A DNA stretch of 64,000 nt from Candidatus Latescibacterota bacterium (GCA_964291625.2 OZ220089.1:4096001-4160000); one strand, 5' to 3'; shown: positions 9,044 to 19,525, numbered from the stretch's first letter. Notes: generated by a model not told the origin, from the sequence alone. Translations and numbers: made by a program.

Positions 9044-9350
9044 GGCCGGTCAGCCGCGGGTGATGGTAGCCTGCCTGGCGCTCGGGTGGGCCCTGAGATG
9101 ATCGCGTCCCCGCCGGCGGTGCAAGCGGGGGAAGCCTCCAGCGGCATCTTCTCCGGGCCCCGGGCTCCGGCGCTGACCGTGTCGCCTGGCGGCCACCGTC
9201 CATCCTCGATAAAGCGGCGCACGATGTCCATGGTTTCCTCATGGGACGCGGCGCCCGTGGGGGGCCTCCGGGGACCGACGGGCGTCTGTCATGCCGCGCG
9301 GATGGTTCATATATTGGTCTTTATTCGCTCTGAAACACTTTTTTTGGGTC

Positions 9351-9701
9351 ATGAAATCCTCCCGCTCCAGACAGGCGCTGCCCCTCGGGGTGCGCCGGGC
9401 CCTGCAGAAACTGGGCATGGACGTCTCGTCCGCCCGCCGGCGGCGAAGGATCTCCGTGGCCCTCATGGCGGAGCGCGCCTTCATCAGCCGCACCACCCTC
9501 GCCCGGGTCGAGAAAGGGGACCCCGGCGTATCGATGGGGATCTATGCCTCGGTCCTCTTCGTCCTGGGAATGGCGGACCGGCTGGGGGACTTGGCGGACG
9601 CGGCCCGGGACCCGGTGGGGCTGAGCCTCGAGGAGGAACGCCTGCCACGGCGCATCCGTACCGCCCGGGAGGCACCATCCGTCAGCGGTCATGGAACGTG
9701 A
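9351..9701 (+). CDS. XRE-family HTH antitoxin (HipB-like)
   Basis: ARRRRRIS...MAERAFISRTTLARVEKGDPGVS HTH; overlaps the hipA start; AT-rich upstream DNA. Confidence 0.85.
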   Translation: MKSSRSRQALPLGVRRALQKLGMDVSSARRRRRISVALMAERAFISRTTLARVEKGDPGVSMGIYASVLFVLGMADRLGDLADAARDPVGLSLEEERLPRRIRTAREAPSVSGHGT

Positions 9702-10929
9702 GATCCAGGTATTCATCGCGGATGGGGGCGGTGAGACCGTCTCTGTAGGCACCCTGTGGGCTCGTACGCGAGGGGCCAGGCAGACGGCCTCCTTCGAGTA
9801 CGACCGCTCGTGGCTGGCGCGCCGGGACGCCTTCGCCCTCGACCCGGTGCTCCCCGCGGGGCTCGGGCCGTTCCACACCGACCGGCCCCTGTTCAATGCC
9901 TTCACCGATCCCGCCCCGGACCGCTGGGGACAGACCCTCATTCGCCGCAACGAGTTGCGGACGGCGTCGGCGGAAGGGCGCCAACCGAGGACGCTGCTGG
10001 AGGTAGACTTCCTCGTCCTCGTCGACGACGAGACGCGGCTCGGCGCCCTGCGTTTCAAGGACGCGGAGGGCGGACCGTTCCTCACCTCGACCGGCCGGCA
10101 GGTGCCCCCGGTCGTCGATCTGCCGCGGCTGCTGTCCGCCTCCACCCGGGTCATCGATTCCCGGGAGAGCGACGACGACCTGCGCCTGCTGCTGGCCCCC
10201 GGGACCTCCCTCGGCGGCGCCCGTCCCAAGGCCACGGTCCGCGACCGGGACGGAAACCTGTTGATCGCCAAGTTCCCGCGACCGGATGACGACTGGCCGG
10301 TGACGCGATGGGAGGCGGCCACCCTGGCCTTGGCCGAGGCGGCCGGCGTCCGGGTGGCGCCGTTCCGGCTCCGGCAGGTTTCGGGCCGTCCCGTTTTGAC
10401 GGCCCGCCGTTTTGACCGCAGGGAGGGCCGGCGCATCCCCTTCATCTCCGCCCTCACCGCCATCGAAGGCTCGGATGGCGAGATGCGAAGCTACCTGGAG
10501 ATCGCCGAGTTCCTGCGGCGCGAGGGAATCGGGGTCAGGGAGGAGTTGCGCCAGCTATGGCGGCGGATCGTGTTCAACATGCTGGTCTCCAACACCGACG
10601 ACCACCTGCGCAACCACGGGTTCCTGCGGGAGCCGGACGGCTGGCGGCTGTCACCGGCGTATGACCTCAACCCCGTGCCGGTCGACGTGAAGCCGCGCGT
10701 CCATGCCCTGGCGATCGACGAGGCCGACGGCACGGCATCTCTCGACCTGGCCATGGACGTGGCTCCGATCTTCGGCATGACCGGGCCGGAAGCGCGCACG
10801 ACCGCCGCGGAGGTGGGCCGGGCGGTCCGAGGCTGGCGAGAGACCGCGGCTCGGCTCGGCATCGCGCCGAACGAGGTAGACCGGATGTCCAGCGCCTTCG
10901 ACCACGACGACCTGAAGGCGATGGCCTGA
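9691..10929 (+). CDS. hipA: HipA family Ser/Thr kinase toxin
   Basis: APDRWG, GTSLGGARPK, RFDR, NTDDHLRNHGF, LSPAYDLNP. Confidence 0.92.
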   Translation: MEREIQVFIADGGGETVSVGTLWARTRGARQTASFEYDRSWLARRDAFALDPVLPAGLGPFHTDRPLFNAFTDPAPDRWGQTLIRRNELRTASAEGRQPRTLLEVDFLVLVDDETRLGALRFKDAEGGPFLTSTGRQVPPVVDLPRLLSASTRVIDSRESDDDLRLLLAPGTSLGGARPKATVRDRDGNLLIAKFPRPDDDWPVTRWEAATLALAEAAGVRVAPFRLRQVSGRPVLTARRFDRREGRRIPFISALTAIEGSDGEMRSYLEIAEFLRREGIGVREELRQLWRRIVFNMLVSNTDDHLRNHGFLREPDGWRLSPAYDLNPVPVDVKPRVHALAIDEADGTASLDLAMDVAPIFGMTGPEARTTAAEVGRAVRGWRETAARLGIAPNEVDRMSSAFDHDDLKAMA

Positions 10930-10996
10930 AAGGGTGGCCGGCCTGACACGATTCTCGCGGAGCACTATCCTCGTGTCATCCGAGAGGGAATCCGCG

Positions 10997-11239
10997 ATGG
11001 AGAGCATCACAATCGCCCTGCCGGAGGACCTGGCCCGCTGGTTGCGCGTCAAGGCGGCCGAGGACGACCGCAGCGTCTCCCGGTGGATCGCCGAGCTGCT
11101 CGAGGGGAGGCGCCGCCAGGAAGACGAGTACGAGGCGGCGATGGAGAGATGCCTGGCGATCAAGCCCCGCAAGATCGAATGGCCCGGGGGCCGCAGGCCG
11201 AGGCGCGAGGAGCTGTATGACCGGCCCGGTCTTCGTTGA
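10997..11239 (+). CDS. Ribbon-helix-helix antitoxin (VapB-like)
   Basis: MESITIALPEDLARWLRVKAAEDDRSVSRWI; ends ...REELYDR upstream of a PIN gene. Confidence 0.8.
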   Translation: MESITIALPEDLARWLRVKAAEDDRSVSRWIAELLEGRRRQEDEYEAAMERCLAIKPRKIEWPGGRRPRREELYDRPGLR

Positions 11240-11650
11240 CACCTCCGACCCGGCGAAGCAGCAGCGCGCGGAGGGTTGGATCAGCTGCTTGCGCAAGGCC
11301 GCGAGGGGCGCCTGAGCTTCCAGGTTCTACAGGAGCTCTACGCAAACCCTCACGCGGGAACCGAGCCTGGGACTCGATCCAGCCGAGGCTCGCCAGATCG
11401 TCGAAGCGCTCGCCGTGTGGCAGCCGATCCAGATCGACTTGGCCGTCCTGCGGCGGGCCTGGGTCATCGAGGAGCGCTTCCGCTTCTCCTGGTGGGACGG
11501 GCTCATCGTGGCCGCCGCACAGGCGAGCGAGTCTCCCGTTCTGCTGACCGAGGATCTGCAGGACGGGCAGGGGTTCGACGGTGCGCGGGTGGTCGATTCG
11601 CGTCGCCGGAGCAGAGCCCGCGGGAGGTCCTGGAGAGAATGTCGTCATGA
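11217..11650 (+). pseudogene. PIN-domain (VapC) toxin pseudogene
   Basis: Fragments in different frames: MTGPVFVDT|SDPAKQQRA, LSFQVLQELY, FSWWDGLIVAAA...LLTEDLQDG, FASPEQSP; about 3 frameshifts plus a deletion after VDT. Confidence 0.8.
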
Positions 11651-11708
11651 CGGCGAGGGACGTGACGCGCGGGGCCACACCCGCGCACTGAACCAGTGAG
11701 GAGATGAG

Positions 11709-12683
11709 ATGAAGGTCTGTCTGGTGGGAGAGGGTGCCCAGGGGGTGACCCACATGGAAGCCCTGGAAAAGATGGAGGACGTGGAGGTGGTCAGCCTGGC
11801 CGGCGGCATCGAGGCCGACGCCGAGGCGTTTGCCGGGAAGCACGGGATCCCCCACGTCTCCACCGACTACGAGGAGTGCATCGACCGGCCCGGGGTGGAG
11901 GCCGTGGTCATCACCAGCCCCAACCAGGTCCACTGCGAGCAGACCGTGACCGCCCTCGACCGCGGCAGGCATGTCCTCCTCGAGCTGCCTATGGGGCTGT
12001 CACTGGCGGAGTCGCAGCGCGTGGTGGAGGCCGAGAAGCGGTCGGGGAAGGTGGCCATGATGTGCCACACCCAGCGCTTCAGCCCCGCCTTCCGCCGCCT
12101 CCACGAGATGATCGAGGCCGGCGACCTGCACCTGCACCACATCGTGCAGCACACCTACTTCTTCCGCAGGGTCAACGAGAACCGCTTCGGCCAGCGGCGC
12201 ATCTGGACCGACGACCTGCTGTGGCACCAGGCCTGCCACATGATCGACATGGTCTACTGGCTCCTCGGCGACCCCCACATGGAAGCCTGGGGGCGCAGCG
12301 GCCCGGTCCACGAGAGGCTGGGAGTGCCGATGGACATCTGCATCTCCCTGCGCGCCGCCAACGGCTGCCTGGTGAGCGCCGCCCAGTCCTTCAACAACCA
12401 CGGTCCGATCCAGGGGGACTGGCGGCTCATCGGCGAGGAGGAGACCTACTTGACCAACGGCCAGGGGCTGTGGGATCACCAGGGCAACGACGTGCCCCTG
12501 ACGGACGGACCCTCCGGCGTGGACGCCCAGGACGGCGAGTTCTTCGCCGCCATCCGCGAGGGCCGCAAGGCCCTGACCAGCTGCTCCGAGGTGCTGCCGG
12601 TGATGGAGATCATCGACCGCGTGCAGAGGGCGATGGACGGCCGCGAGGGGGCGCCGAGCACCGGCATGGTGGAGCGGCGCTGA
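11709..12683 (+). CDS. Gfo/Idh/MocA family oxidoreductase
   Basis: VCLVGEGAQG Rossmann motif, HVLLELPM, LLWHQACHMID. Confidence 0.88.
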   Translation: MKVCLVGEGAQGVTHMEALEKMEDVEVVSLAGGIEADAEAFAGKHGIPHVSTDYEECIDRPGVEAVVITSPNQVHCEQTVTALDRGRHVLLELPMGLSLAESQRVVEAEKRSGKVAMMCHTQRFSPAFRRLHEMIEAGDLHLHHIVQHTYFFRRVNENRFGQRRIWTDDLLWHQACHMIDMVYWLLGDPHMEAWGRSGPVHERLGVPMDICISLRAANGCLVSAAQSFNNHGPIQGDWRLIGEEETYLTNGQGLWDHQGNDVPLTDGPSGVDAQDGEFFAAIREGRKALTSCSEVLPVMEIIDRVQRAMDGREGAPSTGMVERR

Positions 12684-12702
12684 AGGGGCCGCCGGCCCCG
12701 CC

Positions 12703-13398
12703 TCACACGCGCTTGTCCTCGGGCACCTCCGAGCGGTCCTGGGGGTCGTAGCCGATCGCCCGCCGGCCGTGGTCGAGGTCGTAGAGGGGCCAGTCGCTGT
12801 CGGAGACGCCGAAGACGATCTCGAAGCCCACGTCGGGATGGGTGATCGCCTGCTCGAAAAGGCGCACGCAGTCGGCGTGGCCGAGCTGGTGGGGATGCTC
12901 CGGGTGGGGACGGTCGCGGTTGAAGTTGCCGATGCGCACGGCGACGAACTCCAGGTCGTGGCGGGCCGTGTACATGTAGCCGAGGCCTTCGGCGAAGACC
13001 TTGGTCACCGAGTAGTAGCTCTCGGGCCGCGTGGGCATGTGCACGGTGCGCTGGATCGAGCGCGGGTAGTACGACTGGGGCAGCACGCCGGCGCGGCTGG
13101 CGTAGACGACGCGCTTCGCGCCGTGCTGACGGGCCCCCTCGAGGACGTTGTAGGTGCCGATCATGTTCTGCAGGGAGTGCTCCCACTCACCGCCCGGCAC
13201 GTTGACCAGGTGGATGATCGCATCCATGCCTTCCGCGGCGTCCCTCACCTTCTGCTCGTCGACGATGTCCCCGACGACGTAGTCCTCGATGCCGGGGGTG
13301 GGCTCGCGGTCGAAGCCGCGCACCTGGTGACGATCCTTCAGGCCCTCGACCAGGGTCGATCCGATGGCGCCGGCGGAGCCGGTGATCAGTACTCGCAT
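12703..13398 (-). CDS. NAD-dependent epimerase/dehydratase (uronate dehydrogenase-like)
   Basis: ITGSAGAIG, YSVTK, VRIG, GYDPQD. Confidence 0.85.
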   Translation of the reverse strand: MRVLITGSAGAIGSTLVEGLKDRHQVRGFDREPTPGIEDYVVGDIVDEQKVRDAAEGMDAIIHLVNVPGGEWEHSLQNMIGTYNVLEGARQHGAKRVVYASRAGVLPQSYYPRSIQRTVHMPTRPESYYSVTKVFAEGLGYMYTARHDLEFVAVRIGNFNRDRPHPEHPHQLGHADCVRLFEQAITHPDVGFEIVFGVSDSDWPLYDLDHGRRAIGYDPQDRSEVPEDKRV

Positions 13399-13446
13399 CT
13401 GCGTCTCTCTCTCCCTTTGTGTGTTGTCGGTTGGTAGTGGCGGTTG

Positions 13447-14307
13447 TCAGTCGACGAGCAGCTCGCGCAGGTGGTCCTCGTCGGCCACCGGCTGCCACTC
13501 CCCGGACTGGTTCATCATGGCCGCCACGCTCTCCGGGTGCTCGCGCAGAGTGTACAGACGCCGCGGCTCCTCGGCCCACGGCCGCTGCACGAAGGTCCCC
13601 CGGAAGGGCGGCTGGAGGTCGATGATTCCGAAGCTGTCGTCGCTCTCGGCGCGGTGAATGGCGGTGACCGCGCCGGCGCGGATCAGGGCCCGGGCGCGCT
13701 CGGGATGGAAGTGGATGGCGCTGACGTTGCGCGCCCGGTACTGGTCCTCGGAGCACTCGTCGCCGCGGCCCGGCCTCGTTCCGCGCTTGACCCACACCGT
13801 CTCGATGCCTGGCACCAGGGCCTCGGCCTCCTCGGCCAGGGCCTTCTCGCCGGCGGCGTAGATGGTGCGCACGCCGAGCTCGCTGGCGCACATGGCCACC
13901 TGCCCGAACTCGCCGATGGCGGTGCCGTTGACCGAGTACTCCAGGGTGCGGTAGGACTGGGTGTGGGTCATGTTGGAGCGGGGGGTGCGCGACCTGGCGT
14001 GCTGGCCGACGAAGGCGAGATAGTCGTAGCCGCCCTCCTCCAGGCCGAGGGGGTACAGCTCGGGCCAGCCGCGCATGTACTCGGCGCGGGGGTCGAGGTC
14101 CTGCACGTCGACCGCGCTGGGCCCGTGGCCGTCGGCGACCAGCACCTCGTCGGCGCCGGCGGCGAAGAACCCGTCCAGGGCGGCGTTGACCTCCTGGGTC
14201 AGGAGCTGGCGGGCCAAGTCGTACCAGTACTGCCCCGGGCGGGTCCAGTCGAGGGAGTTCTGCACGCCCGCCACGCCTTCGAGATCGGTCATCAGGTAGA
14301 TTCGCAT
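13447..14307 (-). CDS. M55 family D-aminopeptidase (DppA-like)
   Basis: TDLEG, EVNAA, ADGHG, GQHA, MTHT, IGEFG. Confidence 0.9.
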   Translation of the reverse strand: MRIYLMTDLEGVAGVQNSLDWTRPGQYWYDLARQLLTQEVNAALDGFFAAGADEVLVADGHGPSAVDVQDLDPRAEYMRGWPELYPLGLEEGGYDYLAFVGQHARSRTPRSNMTHTQSYRTLEYSVNGTAIGEFGQVAMCASELGVRTIYAAGEKALAEEAEALVPGIETVWVKRGTRPGRGDECSEDQYRARNVSAIHFHPERARALIRAGAVTAIHRAESDDSFGIIDLQPPFRGTFVQRPWAEEPRRLYTLREHPESVAAMMNQSGEWQPVADEDHLRELLVD

Positions 14308-14388
14308 GCCCTCCGCCTTGCTCCGGTTCGATGCCCCAAGTTAACCTCTGCGCCCTCGCCGAGTCACCCCGCCAAGGAGCTCCGAAAG

Positions 14389-15402
14389 ATGCCCGGTTCC
14401 TCCGTTCCAGCCGATGCCCAGGCCTTCTTCGCCGCCGTGACTGCCCGCGATCACCAGGCGGTCCGCGGCTGCCTGGAGGCCGATCCGGCCCTGGCCTCCG
14501 CCACCGACGAGAGCAGCTTCGACGCCCCCGCCGTCATCCTCGCCGCCGGCCGCGGGGACCGCGACATGATCGACCTGCTGCTCTCCTTCGGCGCCGACAT
14601 CGATCAGAAGAGCGGCTGGTGGGCGGGGGGCTTCACGGCCCTGAACTCGGGGCACCCCCGCGATCTGCACCGCGACGGTCTCGCCGACTTCCTCATCGAC
14701 CGCGGAGCCACCGTCGACGCCCACTCGGCCGCCGGCCTGGGGCGTCTCGAGCGCCTGCGGGAGCTGGTCGCCGCCGATCCCGCCGTGGTCCACGAGCCGG
14801 GCGGTGACGGGCTGCGGCCCCTGCACTACGCCGCCTCGCCGGAGATCGCCGCCTTCCTCCTCGACCACGGCGCCGAGGTCGATGCCCGCGACGTAGACCA
14901 CCACGGCACGCCGGCCCAGTGGAACGTCCTGGCCCGGCCGGAGGTGGCGCGCTTCCTCGTCGGCCGCGGCGCCGCGGCCGACCTCTTCCTGCACGTCCCC
15001 CTCGGCGATGCCGCGGCGGTGAGTGCCGCCATCGACGCGGATCCGGCGTCCCTGGAGGCCCTCTCGGAGCACGGTTCCGCCCCCGGCGGGCACGTCCACG
15101 AGTACACCGTGGCAGGCCGCACGGGCGCCACGCCGCTCATGGTCGCCTCCCGCTGGGGAGGGCCGGAGATGGTGGATCTGCTGCTGACCCTGGGAGCCCG
15201 GGTCGAGGCCGCGCCCCGGGGGGTGACCGCCCTGCACTACGCGGCCTGGGGAGGGCGGGTGGACAACGCCCGTCGCCTGGTGGAGGCCGGAGCTCCCCTG
15301 TCGCCCAAGGACGAGGAGTACGGCGCCAGCCCGCTGGGATGGGCCGGGCACTTCGGGAACCGGGAGGTCGCCGAGTACCTGACCGGAGCCGGCGCCGAGT
15401 AG
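14389..15402 (+). CDS. Ankyrin repeat protein
   Basis: Repeated PLHYAA / TPLMVAS / TALHYAA / SPLGWA motifs; AAGGAG RBS. Confidence 0.9.
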   Translation: MPGSSVPADAQAFFAAVTARDHQAVRGCLEADPALASATDESSFDAPAVILAAGRGDRDMIDLLLSFGADIDQKSGWWAGGFTALNSGHPRDLHRDGLADFLIDRGATVDAHSAAGLGRLERLRELVAADPAVVHEPGGDGLRPLHYAASPEIAAFLLDHGAEVDARDVDHHGTPAQWNVLARPEVARFLVGRGAAADLFLHVPLGDAAAVSAAIDADPASLEALSEHGSAPGGHVHEYTVAGRTGATPLMVASRWGGPEMVDLLLTLGARVEAAPRGVTALHYAAWGGRVDNARRLVEAGAPLSPKDEEYGASPLGWAGHFGNREVAEYLTGAGAE

Positions 15403-15412
15403 ACGTCCCGCC

Positions 15413-16156
15413 TCATCCCCGGCCGATGTAGGGCATGGTCGTGGCCATGACGGTGATGAACTGCACGTTGGCGTCCAGCGGCAGGCCGGCCATGTAGACG
15501 ATCGCCCGGGCCACGTTGTCCACGTGCATGCGGGGCTCGACCATGTCCTGGCCGTGGGCCTGGGGCAGCCCGCTCTGCATGCGCTCGGTCATGTGGGTGG
15601 CGGCGTTGCCGATGTCGATCTGGCCGCAGGCGATGCCGTACTTGCGGCCGTCGAGGGAGGTGGAGCGGGTGAGGCCGGTGAGGGCGTGCTTGGTGGCCGT
15701 GTAGGGAGCGGAGTTCGGCCGCGGCACGTGGGCCGAGACCGAGCCGTTGTTGATGATGCGGCCGCCGCGGGGATCCTGGTCCTTCATGATGCGGAAGGCC
15801 TCCTGGGTGCACACGAAGACCCCCGTGAGGTTGACGTCGACCACCCCCGTCCACTGCTCGTAGCTCAGCTCCTCCAGCGGGACGGCGGGGGCCCCGATGC
15901 CGGCGTTGTTGAAGAGCAGGTCGAGGCGGCCGAAGGCCTCCCTGGCGCGGGCGAAGAGATCCCGGATCGAGGCGGGGTCGCTCACGTCCGTGGGCACGGC
16001 GAGGGCCTCGCCGGCGGCTTCGGCGGCGGTCTCCTCCAGCAGCTCGGCCCGGCGGCCCGCCAGGACCACCGCGAACCCTTCCTCCGCCAGGGCGAGGGCC
16101 GACGCCCTGCCGATGCCGGAGCCGCCCCCCGTGATCAGTGCCACCTTCCCGGCCAT
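15413..16156 (-). CDS. Short-chain dehydrogenase/reductase
   Basis: [25 protein letters not shown]. Confidence 0.92.
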   Translation of the reverse strand: MAGKVALITGGGSGIGRASALALAEEGFAVVLAGRRAELLEETAAEAAGEALAVPTDVSDPASIRDLFARAREAFGRLDLLFNNAGIGAPAVPLEELSYEQWTGVVDVNLTGVFVCTQEAFRIMKDQDPRGGRIINNGSVSAHVPRPNSAPYTATKHALTGLTRSTSLDGRKYGIACGQIDIGNAATHMTERMQSGLPQAHGQDMVEPRMHVDNVARAIVYMAGLPLDANVQFITVMATTMPYIGRG

Positions 16157-16407
16157 CGCTGATTCCTTTCTGAGTAGGGTGTGCAACAGGCCGGGGCCGA
16201 ACTAGTGCCGCCGGGGACACCCGTGTCAACGCGCCGCCGTTCCGCGTCGGCGGCTCAGCAGACGCGGTGCGGTCCCTCGCGGGCAGTCCAGGGTCGGCAG
16301 CGGTGATCGGACCGGTGCAGGAGGTGCGGGCATCCCGCGCTGGCGGCGCGGCGCAGCCGGGCACTGGGCGCCTGCGGCGCGGGAGAGCGCCTCCGCCCAT
16401 GGGCGTG

Positions 16408-17952
16408 TCAGGAGGTACGCCGCAGCCGCTCGCGGTCGATCCACACCCGCAGCACGTGATCGGACCGGCTCAGCAGGTCGAGGTATCCCGCCTGGGCCGC
16501 GCGCCTCAGGCGGGCGCTGTTCGGTCTGCGGTTGGGGAGGGCGTTGTACTTGCCCCGGGCCTGGGTCACCGCCCGCTGGTGCAGGTCGACGGCCACGGTG
16601 AGCACGTTCTCCCGCTCGTCGGCGCCGTCGCGCCGGGCGCAGATCGACCAGATCGAGGTCTCGCCGTCGGCGCACTGGTCGGAGTAGGAGACGACACAGT
16701 GGTTCAGGGCCGTGCCCTCGGCGGCCAGCTCCCAGCTCGAGACCAGCTCCTGCACGGTCCAGCGGACCTTGCCCAGCTCCTCGGTCTCGTCCTCCAGCTC
16801 GAAGGGCCGGATGCCGCTCGCCTGCCAGGTCTGGAACTGGACGTAGCTCTGCCGGTTGAGGTCGCCGTGCCAGGCCTCGACCTGGCGCAGCAGCTTGGTG
16901 GCGCTGCGCCCTTTCATCGTGAACCCGGGCTGCGGCGGGGGGCCTTCCTCCACGCCGCCCCCTTCGCCCACGGTCCGGCGCGGCGCGTACTTCATGTTGT
17001 GGACATAGTCGACGACGGGACCGGCCCAACTCGGGTCCATCATGGCGTTGTTCACCAGGAACAGCACCACGGAGCTCCAGAACTCGTCGTCCTCGAAGCG
17101 GCGGCCGAGGCGCGTGCGCAGGATCGCCCGGGCCAGCCGGTCGTCGCCTCCCATGCCGATCACCTGGGCCCACCGCATGTTCTGCATCAAGGCGCCGTTG
17201 CTCGGCGCCTGCAGGAAGAGGTGGGCCATCCGCTTCGTCAGGCGGATCGGCGTGTCGGCCCGGCGGATGCTGCCGCCCTGGGCGACGGTGATCCACCAGC
17301 CCTGCTGCCGCCGGCCGACATCCGGGTCGACCTCGAACCAGGCCGAGTCCATGAACCGCGGCACCTCGTAGCGGGCCAGCAGGTGGCGCGCCAGGGAGCG
17401 GAAGAGCGGGCCGTGGTTCGAGGGGCAGTGACGGGGCTCGGGCTCCCACGTCCCGGGGGGACGAAGCCACTCGGAGTGTCGCGAGGCGAGCATCACCAGC
17501 CCCCACCCCAGCCTCGGGTGGCGCCCGGAACGGCTGATCAGGCGCCGGTGCAGGACGTCGGCGTAGCAGTCGTACTGGAGCAGGAGGTCCCGCAGCGCCC
17601 GCAGCGCCCCGGCGTCGAGGTCGATCCCCGCCGCCGAGACCGGCGCTCCAAGGCGCCTGGCCCCCTCGACCTGGAGGCGCGGCGTCACCAGTTGCTCGAT
17701 GATCTGCCGGCGCCGCTCGGTCTGGTGGGGCGCCCTCGGCCGCAGGCGCGCCGCTTCCCGCTCCCGGGCGCGCTCGGCGCGGTCCTTGCGCAGGCCGCTG
17801 CCGAACCCCGAGCGGTGACACCAGAGCCGGTAGTTCAGCAGCCCCTCGAACCCGAGGGCGCGGGCGTGCTCCTCGATGGGAGGCAGTTCTGCGTCCCGGG
17901 ACAGCGCCGCCTCGCGGGGGGGCGCCGGCACAGCTCTGGCAGTCGCCGTCAT
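16408..17952 (-). CDS. PcfJ-like domain-containing protein
   Basis: LARHLLARYEVPRFM, FTMKGRS, ELAAEGTALNHCVVSY, VTQARGKYN; ATG overlaps the stop of the sigma gene. Confidence 0.75.
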   Translation of the reverse strand: MTATARAVPAPPREAALSRDAELPPIEEHARALGFEGLLNYRLWCHRSGFGSGLRKDRAERAREREAARLRPRAPHQTERRRQIIEQLVTPRLQVEGARRLGAPVSAAGIDLDAGALRALRDLLLQYDCYADVLHRRLISRSGRHPRLGWGLVMLASRHSEWLRPPGTWEPEPRHCPSNHGPLFRSLARHLLARYEVPRFMDSAWFEVDPDVGRRQQGWWITVAQGGSIRRADTPIRLTKRMAHLFLQAPSNGALMQNMRWAQVIGMGGDDRLARAILRTRLGRRFEDDEFWSSVVLFLVNNAMMDPSWAGPVVDYVHNMKYAPRRTVGEGGGVEEGPPPQPGFTMKGRSATKLLRQVEAWHGDLNRQSYVQFQTWQASGIRPFELEDETEELGKVRWTVQELVSSWELAAEGTALNHCVVSYSDQCADGETSIWSICARRDGADERENVLTVAVDLHQRAVTQARGKYNALPNRRPNSARLRRAAQAGYLDLLSRSDHVLRVWIDRERLRRTS

Positions 17953-19439
17953 GACCCCTCCTCGGCCTCGATCTCCCGGCGCAGGGCCTGCACTTCCTCC
18001 TCGGCGGCCAGGTCCGGGAACATCTGCTCCATCCGCTCCACGAACTCCCTCTTCAGCGCGCTCCGGGCCGGTCCCACCTCGTCGTGACGCAGGAAACCGA
18101 GGGCCGCGCGCAGGTGCCGCCGGGCGGCGTCCAGTTGGCCCCCCTGGGCCCGCAGGCCGGCGAGCCAGGCGTGGTTCTGGCACTGACGCACCGGCAGGTT
18201 GTCCACCGTGCGCCAGAAGCTCCAGTAGACCTCCCCCATCAGCTGGCGCGACCTGGCCTGGAGGGCCGCCATCGCCTCGGGCGTGGTCAGCTCCACCGCG
18301 CGCTCGAAGTGGCCCATCGCCGCCGGCCGGTCGCCGCCCATGGCCGCGGCCACCCCCATCTCCGAGTGCAGCACGCAGGCCAGCCAGGGGAACTCCGGCT
18401 CCAGGGCCCGGTAGTGCTCCATGGCCTCCGCGGCGAGACCGCTCGCTAGGTGGCGGCGCCCCAGCTCGAGCCGCGCCACGGGCTCGAAAGGGCCGCCGCG
18501 GGCAGCGGCCAGGATCTCCTCGTGCTCGCGGACCACCTCCTCGACCGGCGCCATGGCGGAACGCAGCGCCGCCCGCCGCAGACGGGCCAGGGTGTTCCCG
18601 GGCTCGAGCTCCACCACCTCGTCGAGCAGGGCCAGGGCGCGGTCGTACGCGGCGCGGTCCTCGGCCAGATCCTCGGGGGTGCGCGTGAAGGTATGGGCCT
18701 CGGCCAGCAGCATCGACACCAGGCCGTCCCGGGGCGCGAGGTCGCGGGCCCTCGCCAGGACCGGCACCGCGGCCCCGTAGCGCACCTCGTGGAACAGTTC
18801 CCGGGTGCGGTGCAGCAACTCCGCCACGCCGTCGCCGAACTCCTCGCCGGGCGCCCCGGCCCGAATCGTCTCCGCCAGCATCTCCTCCACCTCCTTCTGC
18901 ATCTGCAGGCGCGCGCGCCGCAGCCGCTGGCGCACGGCGGCCTGGGTCAGGCCCAGCTGGGCCGCCATCCGCGGCGTCGGCAGGCCTTCCATGTAGTGCA
19001 GCACCAGCACCTCGCGGCTCCTCTCCGGCAGCCGGCCCAGGGCCGCCCGCACCATCCGGCGCCGCTCGGCGCGCTCCAGCTCCTGCGCCGGTGAGCCCGA
19101 GCCGTCGGGGATCTCGTCCATCCGGATCTCCTCCCTGACCGGCCGCCGCCGCCGGCGCTCGAGCCAGGTACGGCCCCGGTTGCGGGCGATGGCGCGAAGC
19201 CAGGCCCCGAAGGAGGCGGCCTCGTCGAGACGGTCGAGCCCGTACCAGGCCCTCAGGAAGACCTCCTGGGCCAGGTCGTGGGCGGCGTCGAGGTCGCCCG
19301 TGACCGCTGCCGCCGTGGCGAAGACCGCTCCCTTGTAGCGTTCCACAAGGCGGCCGAAGGCGAGATCGTCCCCGCCCCGCGCCGCCTCGATCCAGGCCGT
19401 CTCCTCGTCGATCTCCGTCATCCGGGCTCCGTCTCTCAT
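17949..19439 (-). CDS. ECF sigma-70 factor with long C-terminal TPR-like extension
   Basis: AHDLAQEVFLRAW, FGAWLRAIARN, LPERSREVLVLHY, RLRRAR, then helical repeats. Confidence 0.9.
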   Translation of the reverse strand: MRDGARMTEIDEETAWIEAARGGDDLAFGRLVERYKGAVFATAAAVTGDLDAAHDLAQEVFLRAWYGLDRLDEAASFGAWLRAIARNRGRTWLERRRRRPVREEIRMDEIPDGSGSPAQELERAERRRMVRAALGRLPERSREVLVLHYMEGLPTPRMAAQLGLTQAAVRQRLRRARLQMQKEVEEMLAETIRAGAPGEEFGDGVAELLHRTRELFHEVRYGAAVPVLARARDLAPRDGLVSMLLAEAHTFTRTPEDLAEDRAAYDRALALLDEVVELEPGNTLARLRRAALRSAMAPVEEVVREHEEILAAARGGPFEPVARLELGRRHLASGLAAEAMEHYRALEPEFPWLACVLHSEMGVAAAMGGDRPAAMGHFERAVELTTPEAMAALQARSRQLMGEVYWSFWRTVDNLPVRQCQNHAWLAGLRAQGGQLDAARRHLRAALGFLRHDEVGPARSALKREFVERMEQMFPDLAAEEEVQALRREIEAEEGS

Positions 19440-19525
19440 GACCCCTCCAGCGGGGGTTGCGTGACATCCCGCCGGCCCGCGGGCGCCCTTGCCCGAGCCG
19501 GAACAGCGGCCTTTGGTTGTTTCCC

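Noticed and set aside
9044-9290. Possible gene remnant on the minus strand before hipB
   Set aside because: Too short and without a recognisable motif
13444-14388. N-terminal extension of the ankyrin ORF
   Set aside because: Antisense to the M55 peptidase; the RBS supports a start at 14389
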